A DNA stretch of 64,000 nucleotides, from NCBI GenBank assembly GCA_030602805.1, contig JAUVZA010000001.1, positions 2,426 through 66,425 on the forward strand, given 5' to 3'. The DNA comes from Dehalococcoidia bacterium. GTDB lineage: Bacteria; Chloroflexota; Dehalococcoidia; Dehalococcoidales; JAUVZA01. The position numbers and the translations under genes are program-made. Positions 37,252-46,842 of this stretch are shown here, piece by piece. Position 1 is the first letter of the stretch. Each line of letters begins with the position of its first letter. The notes under the pieces were generated by a model. It ran no database searches. It worked only from the letters and a program-made list of their open reading frames with translations, and was not told the DNA's origin.

Positions 37252-38556
37252 ATGGTGGAAAGGGAAATTAGTATTAGTCCTATGTTCAAGTGGCTTACTA
37301 AGCGATTCGACAAGAAGGACAAGAAGGTCAAGAAGGGGCGGAAGACAAGGCTCTTGTGGGGAAGGGAATTCAAGACTGTAAAAAAGGGGCTAGATGAAAA
37401 GCAGGTAGTTGATTCTGTGAATGACCCGGTGGCACAGTATGGTGCTTCACTCGACCCACTCCTTGAAACGACAGTAACGGATGCTGAACAGCTAGCAGCC
37501 AGCATCAAGGTGAAGGCACAACAAGAGGCCGAAGCCGAAGCTGAGAGGATTATTAGCCAAGCCAAGCAAGAGGTTCAGGAGATAAAGCTGAGCGCTGAAA
37601 TAGCAGCTGAGAAAGAAGCGGAAGATATTCTGTCAACGGTAAAGAGAAAAACTGAAATCATTGAGGCAGAAGCAAAGCAGCGAACTCTACTATACCTCCT
37701 CAGGGCAAGAGAGGAGATAGAGAAACAGATAAGGGAGGACTACAAGCGGGCTTACGCCCGATTATCCTCTTCCGTACAGGACCTAATGAATGAAGGGCAG
37801 AATATAGAAGTGGAGTTGAAGAACAAAAGAATAACGCTGTGGGAGAGCGAAAGCTTTGAACTGAAGGAATATGAAGCTGCACTGCTCAAGACCTCTGAAG
37901 TTACTGTGCTTCCTCTTGAAACATTGGCTCCTGAAGAGGGGACAGAGCAACCCGTTCAGCTTCAAGAGGAAGTTTCAGAGGAGAAAACAGAAGAGCCTGT
38001 CCAGCTTCAGGAAGAAGCTACTGAAGAGGGGACAGAGCAACCCGTTCAGCTTCAAGAGGAGGTTTCAGAGAAGGAAACAGAGCAGCCTGCCCAACTTCAA
38101 GAAGAAGCTACTGTCTCTGAGCCAACGGAGGAGGCAACGGAAGAGCTCTTGGGGCAGCACCCTCCGGAGGAAATACCTGACAGAGAGGAAACCAACTCTA
38201 CCCAGTTAAAACCAGCGGATAGCCAAACCCTTTATGCTGGTGAGGTAGAGTTAGCTATAGCTATGCCAGTAGAACTAAAGATGGTGTCTAAGTTATATAA
38301 TTATTTGCAAACGATACCTGATATAAAGATTCTCCGTACAACAGGCTCTTGGGACCGAGGCACTACTATAACAGTTGTGGCAGATAAGCCGATTCCCTTA
38401 ATCAGTAAAATATCAAAGATACCTGGTGTGGAAGTAACATCAGAGTTGCTTCAAAAGGATGATTTGGTGAAGGGGACATCAAGCTCACTGCTGCGAGCAG
38501 GGGGAAAGGGAGTAAAAGGGGTAAAAATAATCAAACTAACTTTAAAAGAAGCGTAA
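37252..38556 (+). CDS. DivIVA-like N-terminus + coiled coil + acidic repeat region + C-terminal 'GSW' domain
   Basis: 434 aa. The N-terminus has a REFKTVKKGLDEKQV motif (DivIVA-like), followed by AEAEAERIISQAKQE coiled coil and PVQLQEE repeats. The C-terminus is VELAIAMPVELKMVSKL...GSWDRGTTITVVADKPIPL...KIIKLTLK. First gene of the pilB operon. Confidence 0.6.
   Translation: MVEREISISPMFKWLTKRFDKKDKKVKKGRKTRLLWGREFKTVKKGLDEKQVVDSVNDPVAQYGASLDPLLETTVTDAEQLAASIKVKAQQEAEAEAERIISQAKQEVQEIKLSAEIAAEKEAEDILSTVKRKTEIIEAEAKQRTLLYLLRAREEIEKQIREDYKRAYARLSSSVQDLMNEGQNIEVELKNKRITLWESESFELKEYEAALLKTSEVTVLPLETLAPEEGTEQPVQLQEEVSEEKTEEPVQLQEEATEEGTEQPVQLQEEVSEKETEQPAQLQEEATVSEPTEEATEELLGQHPPEEIPDREETNSTQLKPADSQTLYAGEVELAIAMPVELKMVSKLYNYLQTIPDIKILRTTGSWDRGTTITVVADKPIPLISKISKIPGVEVTSELLQKDDLVKGTSSSLLRAGGKGVKGVKIIKLTLKEA
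37931..38110 (+). repeat. Two tandem 90-bp coding repeats (four PVQLQEE sub-repeats)
   Basis: The unit starts at 37931 and again at 38021 (ctgaagaggggacagagcaacccgttcagcttcaagagga...). It encodes EEGTEQPVQLQEEVSE(E/K)(K/E)TE(E/Q)P(V/A)QLQEEAT. Confidence 0.85.
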
Positions 38557-38634
38557 TCTCCCTAGTTGTAGGTAAGTGATGGGGATGTTACGAAAACTGG
38601 AGTTATTTATTAGATTACCTTGAGGAGAGAGGGA

Positions 38635-40335
38635 ATGGAGTCACCTAGAAAGACATCGCCAGAAGAGTTAGGCCAGATGCTGGTCGAGGCAAAGCTGATT
38701 ACTGAGGAACAGCTACACCATGTCAAGGAGCTACAAGCCAAGAATGGTGATAAGATTGAGCGAATCCTGCTGCAAGAGCGGTTAATCTCACTTCAGCAAC
38801 TGGCACTCTTTACCAGCCTGCAACTGGGAGTCCCCTTTGTCAACTTGAAGAAAGAGGGGGTTCGACCTGAGGCAGTAGCGCTAATCCCTGAGGTCATAGC
38901 CAGGAGATATGGTGTTATCCCCATAGATACACTGGATGGTACACTAGTGGTAGCTATGGAAGACCCGAGGGATATCCAGGCTATTGAGGACCTAGCAGCC
39001 CTGACAAGGAGGAGAATCGAGCCGGTGCTCAGTACCTCTCAGGATATCCAAGAGATGATAGACCTCAACTATAGGGTCGGTGGTGAGATTGAAGAGCAGC
39101 TTAGTCAAATTCCCACTCGCTACCAGAGAGTGGGGGTAGCGGAGGCACGCGTCTCGGCTGAGGCAATTGCTCAAGCCCCTGTTGTTCGCGCTATAGACCT
39201 CCTTATCAAGCAGGCAGTGAGAGACCGAGCCTCTGATGTCCATGTTGAGCCTCAGGAGGACAAACTGCGTGTCCGCTACCGTATTGATGGTATTCTGCAT
39301 GAAATTATGTCCCTCCCCTTGAGTGTCCATCCACCATTGCTTTCCCGAGTGAAAATAATGTCTGGACTGAACATTGCTGAACGCCGCCGCCCCCAGGATG
39401 GTCAAATTACCTTTGATATGGGAGATAGGGAAGTAGACATCCGAGTGGCTACCTCAAATACTGTACATGGAGAAATGGTGGTGCTACGTCTCTTGGATAA
39501 GACCTTTGCCTTTCTCCCCCTACCAGAGATAGGCTTTCTGCCTGGGACCTTGGAGAGGTACCTACAAATGGTGAAGACTCCCTTTGGAATGGTATTAATC
39601 AGCGGTCCTACCGGCTCGGGTAAGACCACTACTCAGTATGCTACGGTTAACCAGCTTGATAGCGTTGGACGCAATATCTTGACCATTGAAGACCCGGTAG
39701 AGTATCGCTTCGCTAATATCAATCAGATGCAGGTTAACCCCGCGGCTGGGGTGACCTTTGCCACCGGACTTAGAGCCTGCATGAGGCTTGACCCCGATGT
39801 TATCCTAATAGGAGAGATACGTGATGCTGAGACGGCTCAGATAGCTACCCAGGCATCCCTCACCGGTCACCTGGTGCTCTCCTCGGTTCATGCTAATGAC
39901 ACTGTAAGTGTTGTCTTCCGAATGATAGACCTGGGGGTAGAACCTTTCCTTCTTGCCTCGGCAGTGGTTGGTGTCGTTGCTCAGCGGATGGTGCGCCGCG
40001 TTTGTCCCTATTGTTCTCGGCCTATCCCGGTTAACCCCGAGGAGCAGGCGGCTTACGAGCAGGAGATGAACGAGAAACAATCGGAATTTCTTATTGGTGC
40101 TGGTTGTAACTTCTGCGCCAATACTGGCTACCTAGGGCGAACCGGCATCTTTGAGGTTATGGTAATGAGTGAATCAATAAGAAGGATGATTTTGAGTGGT
40201 GCCGACTCTGATGATATTCGCGCCCAAGCCTATAAAGAAGGCATGGCCTCACTATGGCATGATGGTATGCTGAAGGTAAAAGAGGGCGTCACTACTCCTT
40301 ATGAAGTCATACGCAACGTTTTCTCTATCGGTTGA
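38635..40335 (+). CDS. pilB: Type IV pilus assembly ATPase (GspE/PilB family)
   Basis: N-terminal T2SSE_N-type domain, Walker A GPTGSGKTTT, Asp/His boxes and a tetracysteine motif (CPYC...CNFC). ATG 38635 is preceded by GAGGAGAGAGGG; the track start is TTG 38620. Confidence 0.9.
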   Translation: MESPRKTSPEELGQMLVEAKLITEEQLHHVKELQAKNGDKIERILLQERLISLQQLALFTSLQLGVPFVNLKKEGVRPEAVALIPEVIARRYGVIPIDTLDGTLVVAMEDPRDIQAIEDLAALTRRRIEPVLSTSQDIQEMIDLNYRVGGEIEEQLSQIPTRYQRVGVAEARVSAEAIAQAPVVRAIDLLIKQAVRDRASDVHVEPQEDKLRVRYRIDGILHEIMSLPLSVHPPLLSRVKIMSGLNIAERRRPQDGQITFDMGDREVDIRVATSNTVHGEMVVLRLLDKTFAFLPLPEIGFLPGTLERYLQMVKTPFGMVLISGPTGSGKTTTQYATVNQLDSVGRNILTIEDPVEYRFANINQMQVNPAAGVTFATGLRACMRLDPDVILIGEIRDAETAQIATQASLTGHLVLSSVHANDTVSVVFRMIDLGVEPFLLASAVVGVVAQRMVRRVCPYCSRPIPVNPEEQAAYEQEMNEKQSEFLIGAGCNFCANTGYLGRTGIFEVMVMSESIRRMILSGADSDDIRAQAYKEGMASLWHDGMLKVKEGVTTPYEVIRNVFSIG

Positions 40336-40344
40336 GGAGAGACA

Positions 40345-41595
40345 ATGGCAAAAACCCTTGATATTCCCACAAAGCGAAAGGTTCTATCTTATCGCTATGT
40401 AGCTGCTACCAGCCAGGGGAAACTGGTGAAAGGCACTATTAAGGCTACCAACGAGGTTGCTGCTGAGCGCCTTCTCATCGGGCAAGGTTACCGTCCCGTA
40501 AATGTGGAGGTTGCTCCTTCTATGTTCAGCCTGGAAGAAGCTTTACCTAGCCTTTTCAGAGTCAAGCCTCGCGATGTGATTGTCTTCTCCCGCCAGCTAG
40601 CTACACTTCTCCGGTCAGGCATTTCACTCCTACCCGCTCTGGAGATTCTCCAGGGGCAAGTAACTGGCAGCAGAGCATTTAAAAAAATCATGGGAACTAT
40701 GGCTGATGACCTTCGCGCTGGCAGCGCATTTTCTCAAGCCATTTCCAAACACCCTAAGGCTTTTAGCGATATCTACTGTAGAACGATTGCGGTTGGGGAA
40801 CAGTCGGGGAATCTGGAAACCGTTTTGAACCGAATGGCTGACTACCACGAGAAACAGGGCGCAACAGCTAAGAAGATAGGCAGGGCTTTAACCTATCCGC
40901 TAATGATTATGGGTGTTGGCATAGTAGTAGTCGTTATTCTTATGACCGTGGTCATGCCTCAGCTACTTGGCATGTTTACTGCTATGAATGTAGACTTGCC
41001 CCTGCCCACCAGGATTCTTATCTGGGTAACAAATTTCCTCACTGCCAACACGCTTTACCTCTTGGTAGTTGGGGTGCTATTAGCTGCCGTGGCACTGTGG
41101 CTGGTCAAACAGCCTTCGGGAAGGCGGCTGCTTGACCGGCTGCGACTCACCATTCCCATAATCGGTCCCCCTACCCTTATGGGAGAGTTAGCTCGTTTCA
41201 GCCGAACCATGTCGGTGCTTATCAGCGCTGGATTGAGTCTGCAAGAAATAATGGAGATGATACCCCAATCCAGCAACAATAGGGTCATCCGTGATGCCTT
41301 AAGTCGGGTCAATGAGGGGCTCCTGCTGGGAGGGGGGCTATCTGAACCGATGTCCCGCATAGATATATTCCCACCCCTCCTCGTCCAGATGGTAGCGGTG
41401 GGTGAGGAAAGCAACACCCTTGATTTTACCCTGGGGGTTGTTGCCGATTTTTATGAGATTACCGCCGAAGAAAAAACGAGTGCCATGGTGGGGATGATGG
41501 GCCCTCTCCTCACCATTGTTATGGCTCTGGGGGTTGGCTTCATCGCTATATCAATACTTATGCCAATGTATACCCTCACCGGAGCCTTTGGCTAA
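40345..41595 (+). CDS. pilC: Type IV pilus platform protein (GspF/PilC family)
   Basis: 416 aa. Duplicated T2SSF domains with three TM segments, directly after pilB. Confidence 0.9.
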   Translation: MAKTLDIPTKRKVLSYRYVAATSQGKLVKGTIKATNEVAAERLLIGQGYRPVNVEVAPSMFSLEEALPSLFRVKPRDVIVFSRQLATLLRSGISLLPALEILQGQVTGSRAFKKIMGTMADDLRAGSAFSQAISKHPKAFSDIYCRTIAVGEQSGNLETVLNRMADYHEKQGATAKKIGRALTYPLMIMGVGIVVVVILMTVVMPQLLGMFTAMNVDLPLPTRILIWVTNFLTANTLYLLVVGVLLAAVALWLVKQPSGRRLLDRLRLTIPIIGPPTLMGELARFSRTMSVLISAGLSLQEIMEMIPQSSNNRVIRDALSRVNEGLLLGGGLSEPMSRIDIFPPLLVQMVAVGEESNTLDFTLGVVADFYEITAEEKTSAMVGMMGPLLTIVMALGVGFIAISILMPMYTLTGAFG

Positions 41596-41685
41596 CAAGT
41601 TAACCGGCAAGGTTAGCAATATTATGAAATGCCTGGAACAAGGGATATTAAGACTTTTTCGAGGGCAAAGCAAGGCTGTTTGGTG

Positions 41686-42087
41686 ATGAAAGTAAGAAAT
41701 AGTCAGAAGGGGTTTTTACTGATTGAAATACTAGTCGGCTTGGCTCTTGTGGGAATCATTGCTGCTGGCTTCATCAATGGGCTATCAACCACTTTCAAGG
41801 GGGTAACCGTGAGCCAGGAGAGAGTGACTGCTGAGAGCTTAGCTAAATCACAAATAGAATATATTAAAGTTCAAGATTATATACCGGTAGCAGAATATGA
41901 CCCTGTAACAAATTGTTATGAGCTAATTGATATTCCTGCAGACCTGGTTGCGGCTGGCTATACTGTTGAAATTAACCCTCCCGAAGCTATTATTAGCGAT
42001 GTGGTTGAACTTCAAAGCATAACAATAGCCATTAAGCGTAATGCTAGGGGAAAGTTAATAACCTCGGTCTATAGGGTGGGGGATTAA
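41686..42087 (+). CDS. Minor pilin (prepilin-type N-terminal cleavage/methylation domain)
   Basis: The class III signal is MKVRNSQKG|FLLIEILVGLALVGI, with Glu at +5. Start set at ATG 41686; the track ORF starts at 41629. Confidence 0.7.
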   Translation: MKVRNSQKGFLLIEILVGLALVGIIAAGFINGLSTTFKGVTVSQERVTAESLAKSQIEYIKVQDYIPVAEYDPVTNCYELIDIPADLVAAGYTVEINPPEAIISDVVELQSITIAIKRNARGKLITSVYRVGD

Positions 42088-42088
42088 C

Positions 42089-42598
42089 TTGATGAAACGA
42101 AGGGAAAAAGGGTTTACCCTGCTTGAGGCACTAATCGGGGTAGCTATAATGGCTATCGTTGTAGTGGCGGTTGCGATGACCATAACGACATTGCTGCTGA
42201 ATGAGGGGCAAGCTGCTGGGCAGAATACGGCCTTGCCTCAGGTGCAGAATGCCGGCTATTGGATTTCGCGTGATGTTCAGATGGCAAGGAACGTCACTCC
42301 CAGTGCCCCCAATGGTTTCCCCTTATCTCTTGACATCCCAAGGGATGATAACCCGGACAATGATTATACCATTGATTATTTGTTTGATGGCGGTAAGCTA
42401 AAGCGCCAGGTTTACGACTCTTTGGGCACTCTGATTTCAGAGACTTTTATTGCTGAGTACATTGATACTAGCAATACCACATTTAGTGCCCTGGACGCCG
42501 ACGCCGGTCTCTATAAGCTCACCGTAAGAGCTTCCAGAGATGAAACTGGGGCAACAAGAAGTTACGAAATTAGCCAGCGGCTCAGTTCGAGCAGTTGA
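42089..42598 (+). CDS. Minor pilin (prepilin-type N-terminal domain)
   Basis: MMKRREKG|FTLLEALIGVAIMAIV class III signal. Confidence 0.75.
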   Translation: MMKRREKGFTLLEALIGVAIMAIVVVAVAMTITTLLLNEGQAAGQNTALPQVQNAGYWISRDVQMARNVTPSAPNGFPLSLDIPRDDNPDNDYTIDYLFDGGKLKRQVYDSLGTLISETFIAEYIDTSNTTFSALDADAGLYKLTVRASRDETGATRSYEISQRLSSSS

Positions 42599-43734
42599 GG
42601 AGAGGGAAGCAAAAGGTGAAATTACTGAAGAGCAGGGAATCTGGACAAACCATGGTAATGGCTTTAATCCTGCTGGCGGTGGGTAGTTTGCTGGTGGTCC
42701 CGATGCTGAACCAGTCGTTTACCAACCTGGGGTATCACCAATCAATCGAGTGTAGGACGTTGACTAGTTACTCTGCCGATTCTGGCGTGGAATATGTATT
42801 GTGTAAGTTATATAACGCACCAGGCGCATATACGGAAACCCCTTTGCAAGAGAGTCTTACCCTCAACGACAGAACGGTAAATGTTACTGCTGAATATATG
42901 GGTGGCGGTATCTATGATATAACCTCTGTCGCCAGTGGTGGCGGTTGTGGCAGCACAACAATTGTATGCTATGTCAACCTGAGCGCCGGTTCCTTCGCCT
43001 TCGCTATCGCGGCTAAGGATTACATGCATATTGACAACACTACGGTTGACTCATTACCAGCCCCGGGTGGTGAGGCCAATATCCATTCTAACGGGGATAT
43101 TGACCTAGTCGGTGCTCAAACAGTGGTCAACGGTGATGCCTCTGCCGTAGGCATAATTTCCGGGTGGGACAAGGTTAACGGGGTGGTTACGTTCCCCAGC
43201 CCGCCGATACAGTTCCCCGGCGATTACTCCGAGTTATACGAGATGATGGCACGGGAAGGAGAAGACAGCCCGTGGGAGGGCGACTATCTCATTACGGGTG
43301 GAACCCAATACCTGGGACCATTATATATCAATGGGGACCTAAAGGTTGAGGATGCAACACTAATACTTGAAGGGACGGTGTATGTTACTGGTATGATTAG
43401 TGTGGAAAACGGCAATATTGACGGAGAACAGACGGTGGTTGCCGAGGGTAGTATACGCATCGAACAGGGTGCCGTTCGTTCTGAGATTATCCCACTCATT
43501 ATCTCTACAAAGGTCGACGGTGAAATCTACTCGGAGACGGGGACAACGGTGGATGGAGTATTATATGCCCCTTACGGCAGTATCAGGTTAGAAAATGGTG
43601 TTCGTTTATACGGTGCTGCCGGTGGAAAGACGGTTAATATACAAGGCTGCACCATCACCTATGCCAAAGAGCTTCAAGGTCGCCAGGACCTGCCTGGCGG
43701 TGAACTGGTAACTATCAGCTACAGCTATAAGTAG
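42595..43734 (+). CDS. PilX-N-like large pilus-associated protein
   Basis: The N-terminus ESGQTMVMALILLAVGSLLV resembles the PilX N-terminal hydrophobic segment. The rest is Gly/Val-rich and probably beta-rich. The start is uncertain (TTG 42595 or GTG 42616). Confidence 0.5.
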   Translation: MRRGKQKVKLLKSRESGQTMVMALILLAVGSLLVVPMLNQSFTNLGYHQSIECRTLTSYSADSGVEYVLCKLYNAPGAYTETPLQESLTLNDRTVNVTAEYMGGGIYDITSVASGGGCGSTTIVCYVNLSAGSFAFAIAAKDYMHIDNTTVDSLPAPGGEANIHSNGDIDLVGAQTVVNGDASAVGIISGWDKVNGVVTFPSPPIQFPGDYSELYEMMAREGEDSPWEGDYLITGGTQYLGPLYINGDLKVEDATLILEGTVYVTGMISVENGNIDGEQTVVAEGSIRIEQGAVRSEIIPLIISTKVDGEIYSETGTTVDGVLYAPYGSIRLENGVRLYGAAGGKTVNIQGCTITYAKELQGRQDLPGGELVTISYSYK

Positions 43735-43761
43735 TGGGCTAGAAATTACTGAGGAGCAAAA

Positions 43762-44148
43762 ATGACGCAAGAAACTGAAGTTCCCAACCAGATTAGCCTG
43801 GAAATGGAACGAACGGCTGCCCGGAGGGCAAGGGACAGAGCCAAAAATGCCAGGTGGGACCTTAATGTTGCCATATTCTTGTTTGCCGTTTTGATTCTTG
43901 TCATAATCCTGGCTACATATACAAAAATGGGAATTGAGATTGTGGCGCCAGTTGCCATCTTTGGCTTAGCCATGGCCTGGCTGGTGGGGTGGAGGCGGGG
44001 AAGGGAATTATACCAGCACTTCTACGATGAAGAGCTATCAAACTTGGAGCAGGAGCAAAAGTTAAAAATAAAAAAGACGGTTAAGGAAGCGGTAGAGGAA
44101 ACAATAGAGGAGAAGGTTCAGAAGGCACTGCGTGAGAGGTGGCGATAA
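43762..44148 (+). CDS. Membrane protein (2 TM + charged coiled-coil tail), function unknown
   Basis: 128 aa. A GAGGAG RBS precedes the ATG. Two hydrophobic helices and a Lys/Glu-rich C-terminus. Confidence 0.45.
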   Translation: MTQETEVPNQISLEMERTAARRARDRAKNARWDLNVAIFLFAVLILVIILATYTKMGIEIVAPVAIFGLAMAWLVGWRRGRELYQHFYDEELSNLEQEQKLKIKKTVKEAVEETIEEKVQKALRERWR

Positions 44149-44154
44149 CCGGAG

Positions 44155-44445
44155 GGATTAAATTCTAAACGTTTTGGTCATTAGTGCTTTGTATTTGTTC
44201 CGAAAATAGAATGCCTTAATCCTTCTGTCATTCTGAGCCGAAGGCGAAGAATCTCAAACCTCCTTTAGACCCTTCCCCTTCCCCTTCACTTCGTTCAGGG
44301 TCAGGGTGACATAGAAGTGGCTGAATGCTTACCACCCTTTTTCATCATTCGTTGGTGGGCAGTCGCCCATGGGCGTTTGTTTAGAGTTTAGTCCGCCTAA
44401 GGCGGATAGTATTTAGAATTTCCCGCCCCCTATTAAGGGAAGGGG
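44155..44445. repeat. AT-rich palindromic MITE/IVS-like element, copy E4 (about 200-bp non-coding insert)
   Basis: The termini GGGATTAAATTCTAAAC... and ...TAGTATTTAGAATTTCC are shared with copies at 46.8, 48.2-48.8 and 50.8 kb. Boundaries are within about 10 bp. Confidence 0.6.
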
Positions 44446-44476
44446 GGAGTGTAAGCTGAAAAAGAGGGACTGAAGA

Positions 44477-45055
44477 ATGGAAGTTATAAAGAACCTGCTC
44501 ATCAGATTTCGCCAGTCGGGAGTTCTACTTTTAATCGGTTTTTTCCTTATCATCTACATTGCCTTTGGCTTTGTCTATTGGCAGCAAGGCTCACAGCAAA
44601 AAGAACTTGAGGAGCAATCCGCCAAAATAAGCCTCATAGTCGCTAGGCCATTACCCAGCGAGGAGAAGTTACGGGCAGAATACGATGAAGCTAACCTTTC
44701 TCTCGCTCCAATGACAGATAGTGATGCCATTGCCATACTCGTTGGCATAGCTGAGAAGAGCGGAATTGATACTAGCCCTGATAGCGGTAAGCTCGTTGTT
44801 CCCTCAGCCCAGGTCGGGGAGGAGAAGGTGGGGGGAGGCACATATCAGGTTTTTTCCTTCAAGAATATCAGTGTGCAGGGTGATTATAGCAATGTCATCG
44901 CTTTCATCTCCGACCTTGATTCGGGTGAAACACGGGAGACCATAGCGCTGAAAAAGGTAACTATTGGCCAGATTGAAGTTAAGGGCGAAGGTGAAGGGGA
45001 AACCAAAACTGAGACTAAGGCTACACTGGATGTTGACCTCTATACTAAACTTTAG
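44477..45055 (+). CDS. PilO-like pilus assembly protein
   Basis: 192 aa. Short cytoplasmic N-terminus, a single TM (VLLLIGFFLIIYIAFGFVYW), a coiled coil and then a globular domain. Positioned before pilM/N. Confidence 0.45.
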   Translation: MEVIKNLLIRFRQSGVLLLIGFFLIIYIAFGFVYWQQGSQQKELEEQSAKISLIVARPLPSEEKLRAEYDEANLSLAPMTDSDAIAILVGIAEKSGIDTSPDSGKLVVPSAQVGEEKVGGGTYQVFSFKNISVQGDYSNVIAFISDLDSGETRETIALKKVTIGQIEVKGEGEGETKTETKATLDVDLYTKL

Positions 45056-45097
45056 GGTGGTGGCATTTGATGCCGGTAGTCAGAGGAGAAAGCAACC

Positions 45098-46522
45098 TTG
45101 GCTAAGAGAATCGTAACCCTTGAAATAGATACCACTGCCATCAGGTTCATGGAGACCAGTGGGGGAAGAGTAGTAAAATGGGCAAGCCTCTCTCTTGAAC
45201 CCACCATGGTTGAAGACGGGGTGATTTCAGACCCCCGGGCTCTGAGCGCTGCGGTCAGACAGCTTATGGACTCAAGTGGTATAAAGGCGAAGGATGTCAT
45301 TGCCAGTGTCAGCGGTCTTTATTCGGTAAGCCGTATCGTGGCGGTATCCAACCCGCCCGGGGGGGTAACCACCCCAGAGGCAGTTCTAGAGGCGGCAACG
45401 GATATAATGCCCTTACCTACGGATGAGCTGTATCTCTCCTGGCAGCTTATCGCCGCCGGTGGGGGTGCCCAGCAAGTGCTTGTGGTGGGTGTGCCCCGAG
45501 ATGTGATAGATGCTGAGATGCAAGCCTTGAGGGCGGCGGGCATCAATTCCCGTACACTGGAGCTCAAGGCTATAGCTCTAGTCAGGGCAGTGAATAAGGA
45601 GCAGGCTCTCATCCTCAATATTGAGCCCTCCAGCTTTGATATTGTTATAGTGGTTAATGGCATACCTGAGGTTATGCGCACCCTAGCCTGGCAGCCGGAT
45701 GGTCTTACCGTGGAAGATAGGGTAGAGCACCTGGCGATGAATCTGGAGATGATAGTGGGCTTCTATAATTCGCATCACCCCGATACTCCCCTCAACCCGG
45801 CTACCCCCTTCTTTATCACCGGGCAGATGTCCAGAGACCTCGACCTGGTGGAGAAGCTGCCAGCCAGGGTAGGCTATCCTATTGAATCACTGGCACCACC
45901 GTTAGAGTGTCCCAAGCACATGCCTGTCTCCCAGTATGCCGTCAATATCGGGCTTGCCCTGAAGGGGAGGACGCCAGCTAAAAGTCTGGAGCAGGATGGC
46001 TATGTGCCGCCCGATATCAATCTCCTGCCCGAAACCTATAAAGCATGGAAGCTTTCAGCCAAGCAGATATACTTCGCTGGTGCTGTAATAGCCGCCATTG
46101 CCCTGCTATTCCCTCTATATCAGATGACTGCTGGGGCTATGGATAAGACGGCTGACCTGCAGGCAAGATATAATATCCTCAATAATGAGCTGCTACGGAG
46201 GCAGCTTGAAATTAAAAACCGTGAACCCCTGCAGAAGGCTATTGGTGAATATAATACCATTGCGAATATGGGCGGCGGCTTCACCGAAGACCTGAGGGTT
46301 ATTAACAGCGAAGCCGACCGACTCGGTGTTCAAGTAGAGTCTGTTGTCCACCAAGGCGAGAGTATCACCATGACCTGCCAGACAGAGCCTGAGAGCCATA
46401 TCGTTTTTAGAGAATACGTAGCCAGTCTGGAGGAAAGCGGCCGCTTCGCTACGGTTACTCCTCCCTCTGAGAAATTCGCCTATATCACCGGCGGCACTAT
46501 TGAGCTTGAGCCCGCCCAGTGA
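45098..46522 (+). CDS. pilM: PilM-PilN fusion protein
   Basis: 474 aa. Actin-like ATPase N-terminal region (IVTLEIDTTAIRF...), followed by a TM helix (IYFAGAVIAAIALLFPLY), a coiled coil and a PilN-like tail. Confidence 0.7.
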   Translation: MAKRIVTLEIDTTAIRFMETSGGRVVKWASLSLEPTMVEDGVISDPRALSAAVRQLMDSSGIKAKDVIASVSGLYSVSRIVAVSNPPGGVTTPEAVLEAATDIMPLPTDELYLSWQLIAAGGGAQQVLVVGVPRDVIDAEMQALRAAGINSRTLELKAIALVRAVNKEQALILNIEPSSFDIVIVVNGIPEVMRTLAWQPDGLTVEDRVEHLAMNLEMIVGFYNSHHPDTPLNPATPFFITGQMSRDLDLVEKLPARVGYPIESLAPPLECPKHMPVSQYAVNIGLALKGRTPAKSLEQDGYVPPDINLLPETYKAWKLSAKQIYFAGAVIAAIALLFPLYQMTAGAMDKTADLQARYNILNNELLRRQLEIKNREPLQKAIGEYNTIANMGGGFTEDLRVINSEADRLGVQVESVVHQGESITMTCQTEPESHIVFREYVASLEESGRFATVTPPSEKFAYITGGTIELEPAQ

Positions 46523-46634
46523 GTAAGCGCGTGAGAAGCAGGGTGTTCTAAGAGGGGCGCCGGTCCCTCTTAAAGTAATCTTCCCCTTCCCCTTACTAAG
46601 GGGAAGGGGATAAAGGGGATAGGGTTACTAATTC

Positions 46635-46823
46635 TCAGATACGACTGACCACCTTGAGGTCATAGAGTTCAATATAGCCGCACCTGGGACAAAAATAAAG
46701 GGCAACGGATAGCCCCGGCGAATGCTCTGAGCTCACTATTCCTCTCCTTACCAGCTCAAAGGCGCCATCCCCCGGCTGTAATTGTGCCTGACACCGAGGA
46801 CATATCTTAACCACTGAATTCAT
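46635..46823 (-). CDS. Small zinc-ribbon protein
   Basis: 62 aa with CPRC...CPRC. Confidence 0.4.
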   Translation of the reverse strand: MNSVVKICPRCQAQLQPGDGAFELVRRGIVSSEHSPGLSVALYFCPRCGYIELYDLKVVSRI

Positions 46824-46842
46824 AGTTTTACCCCACCTTGAT

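Noticed and set aside
37206-37565. 119-aa minus-strand ORF, and the plus-strand frame-shifted ORF 37871-38209, overlapping the DivIVA-like/GSW gene
   Set aside because: They are low-complexity products of the repeat-rich coding region read in the wrong frame or strand.
38635-39000. c-di-GMP-binding MshEN motif in the PilB N-terminal domain
   Set aside because: The ELGQMLVEAKLITEEQL segment resembles the motif but lacks the conserved Gly and the second motif copy as far as I can align by eye. This is not enough to claim ligand binding.
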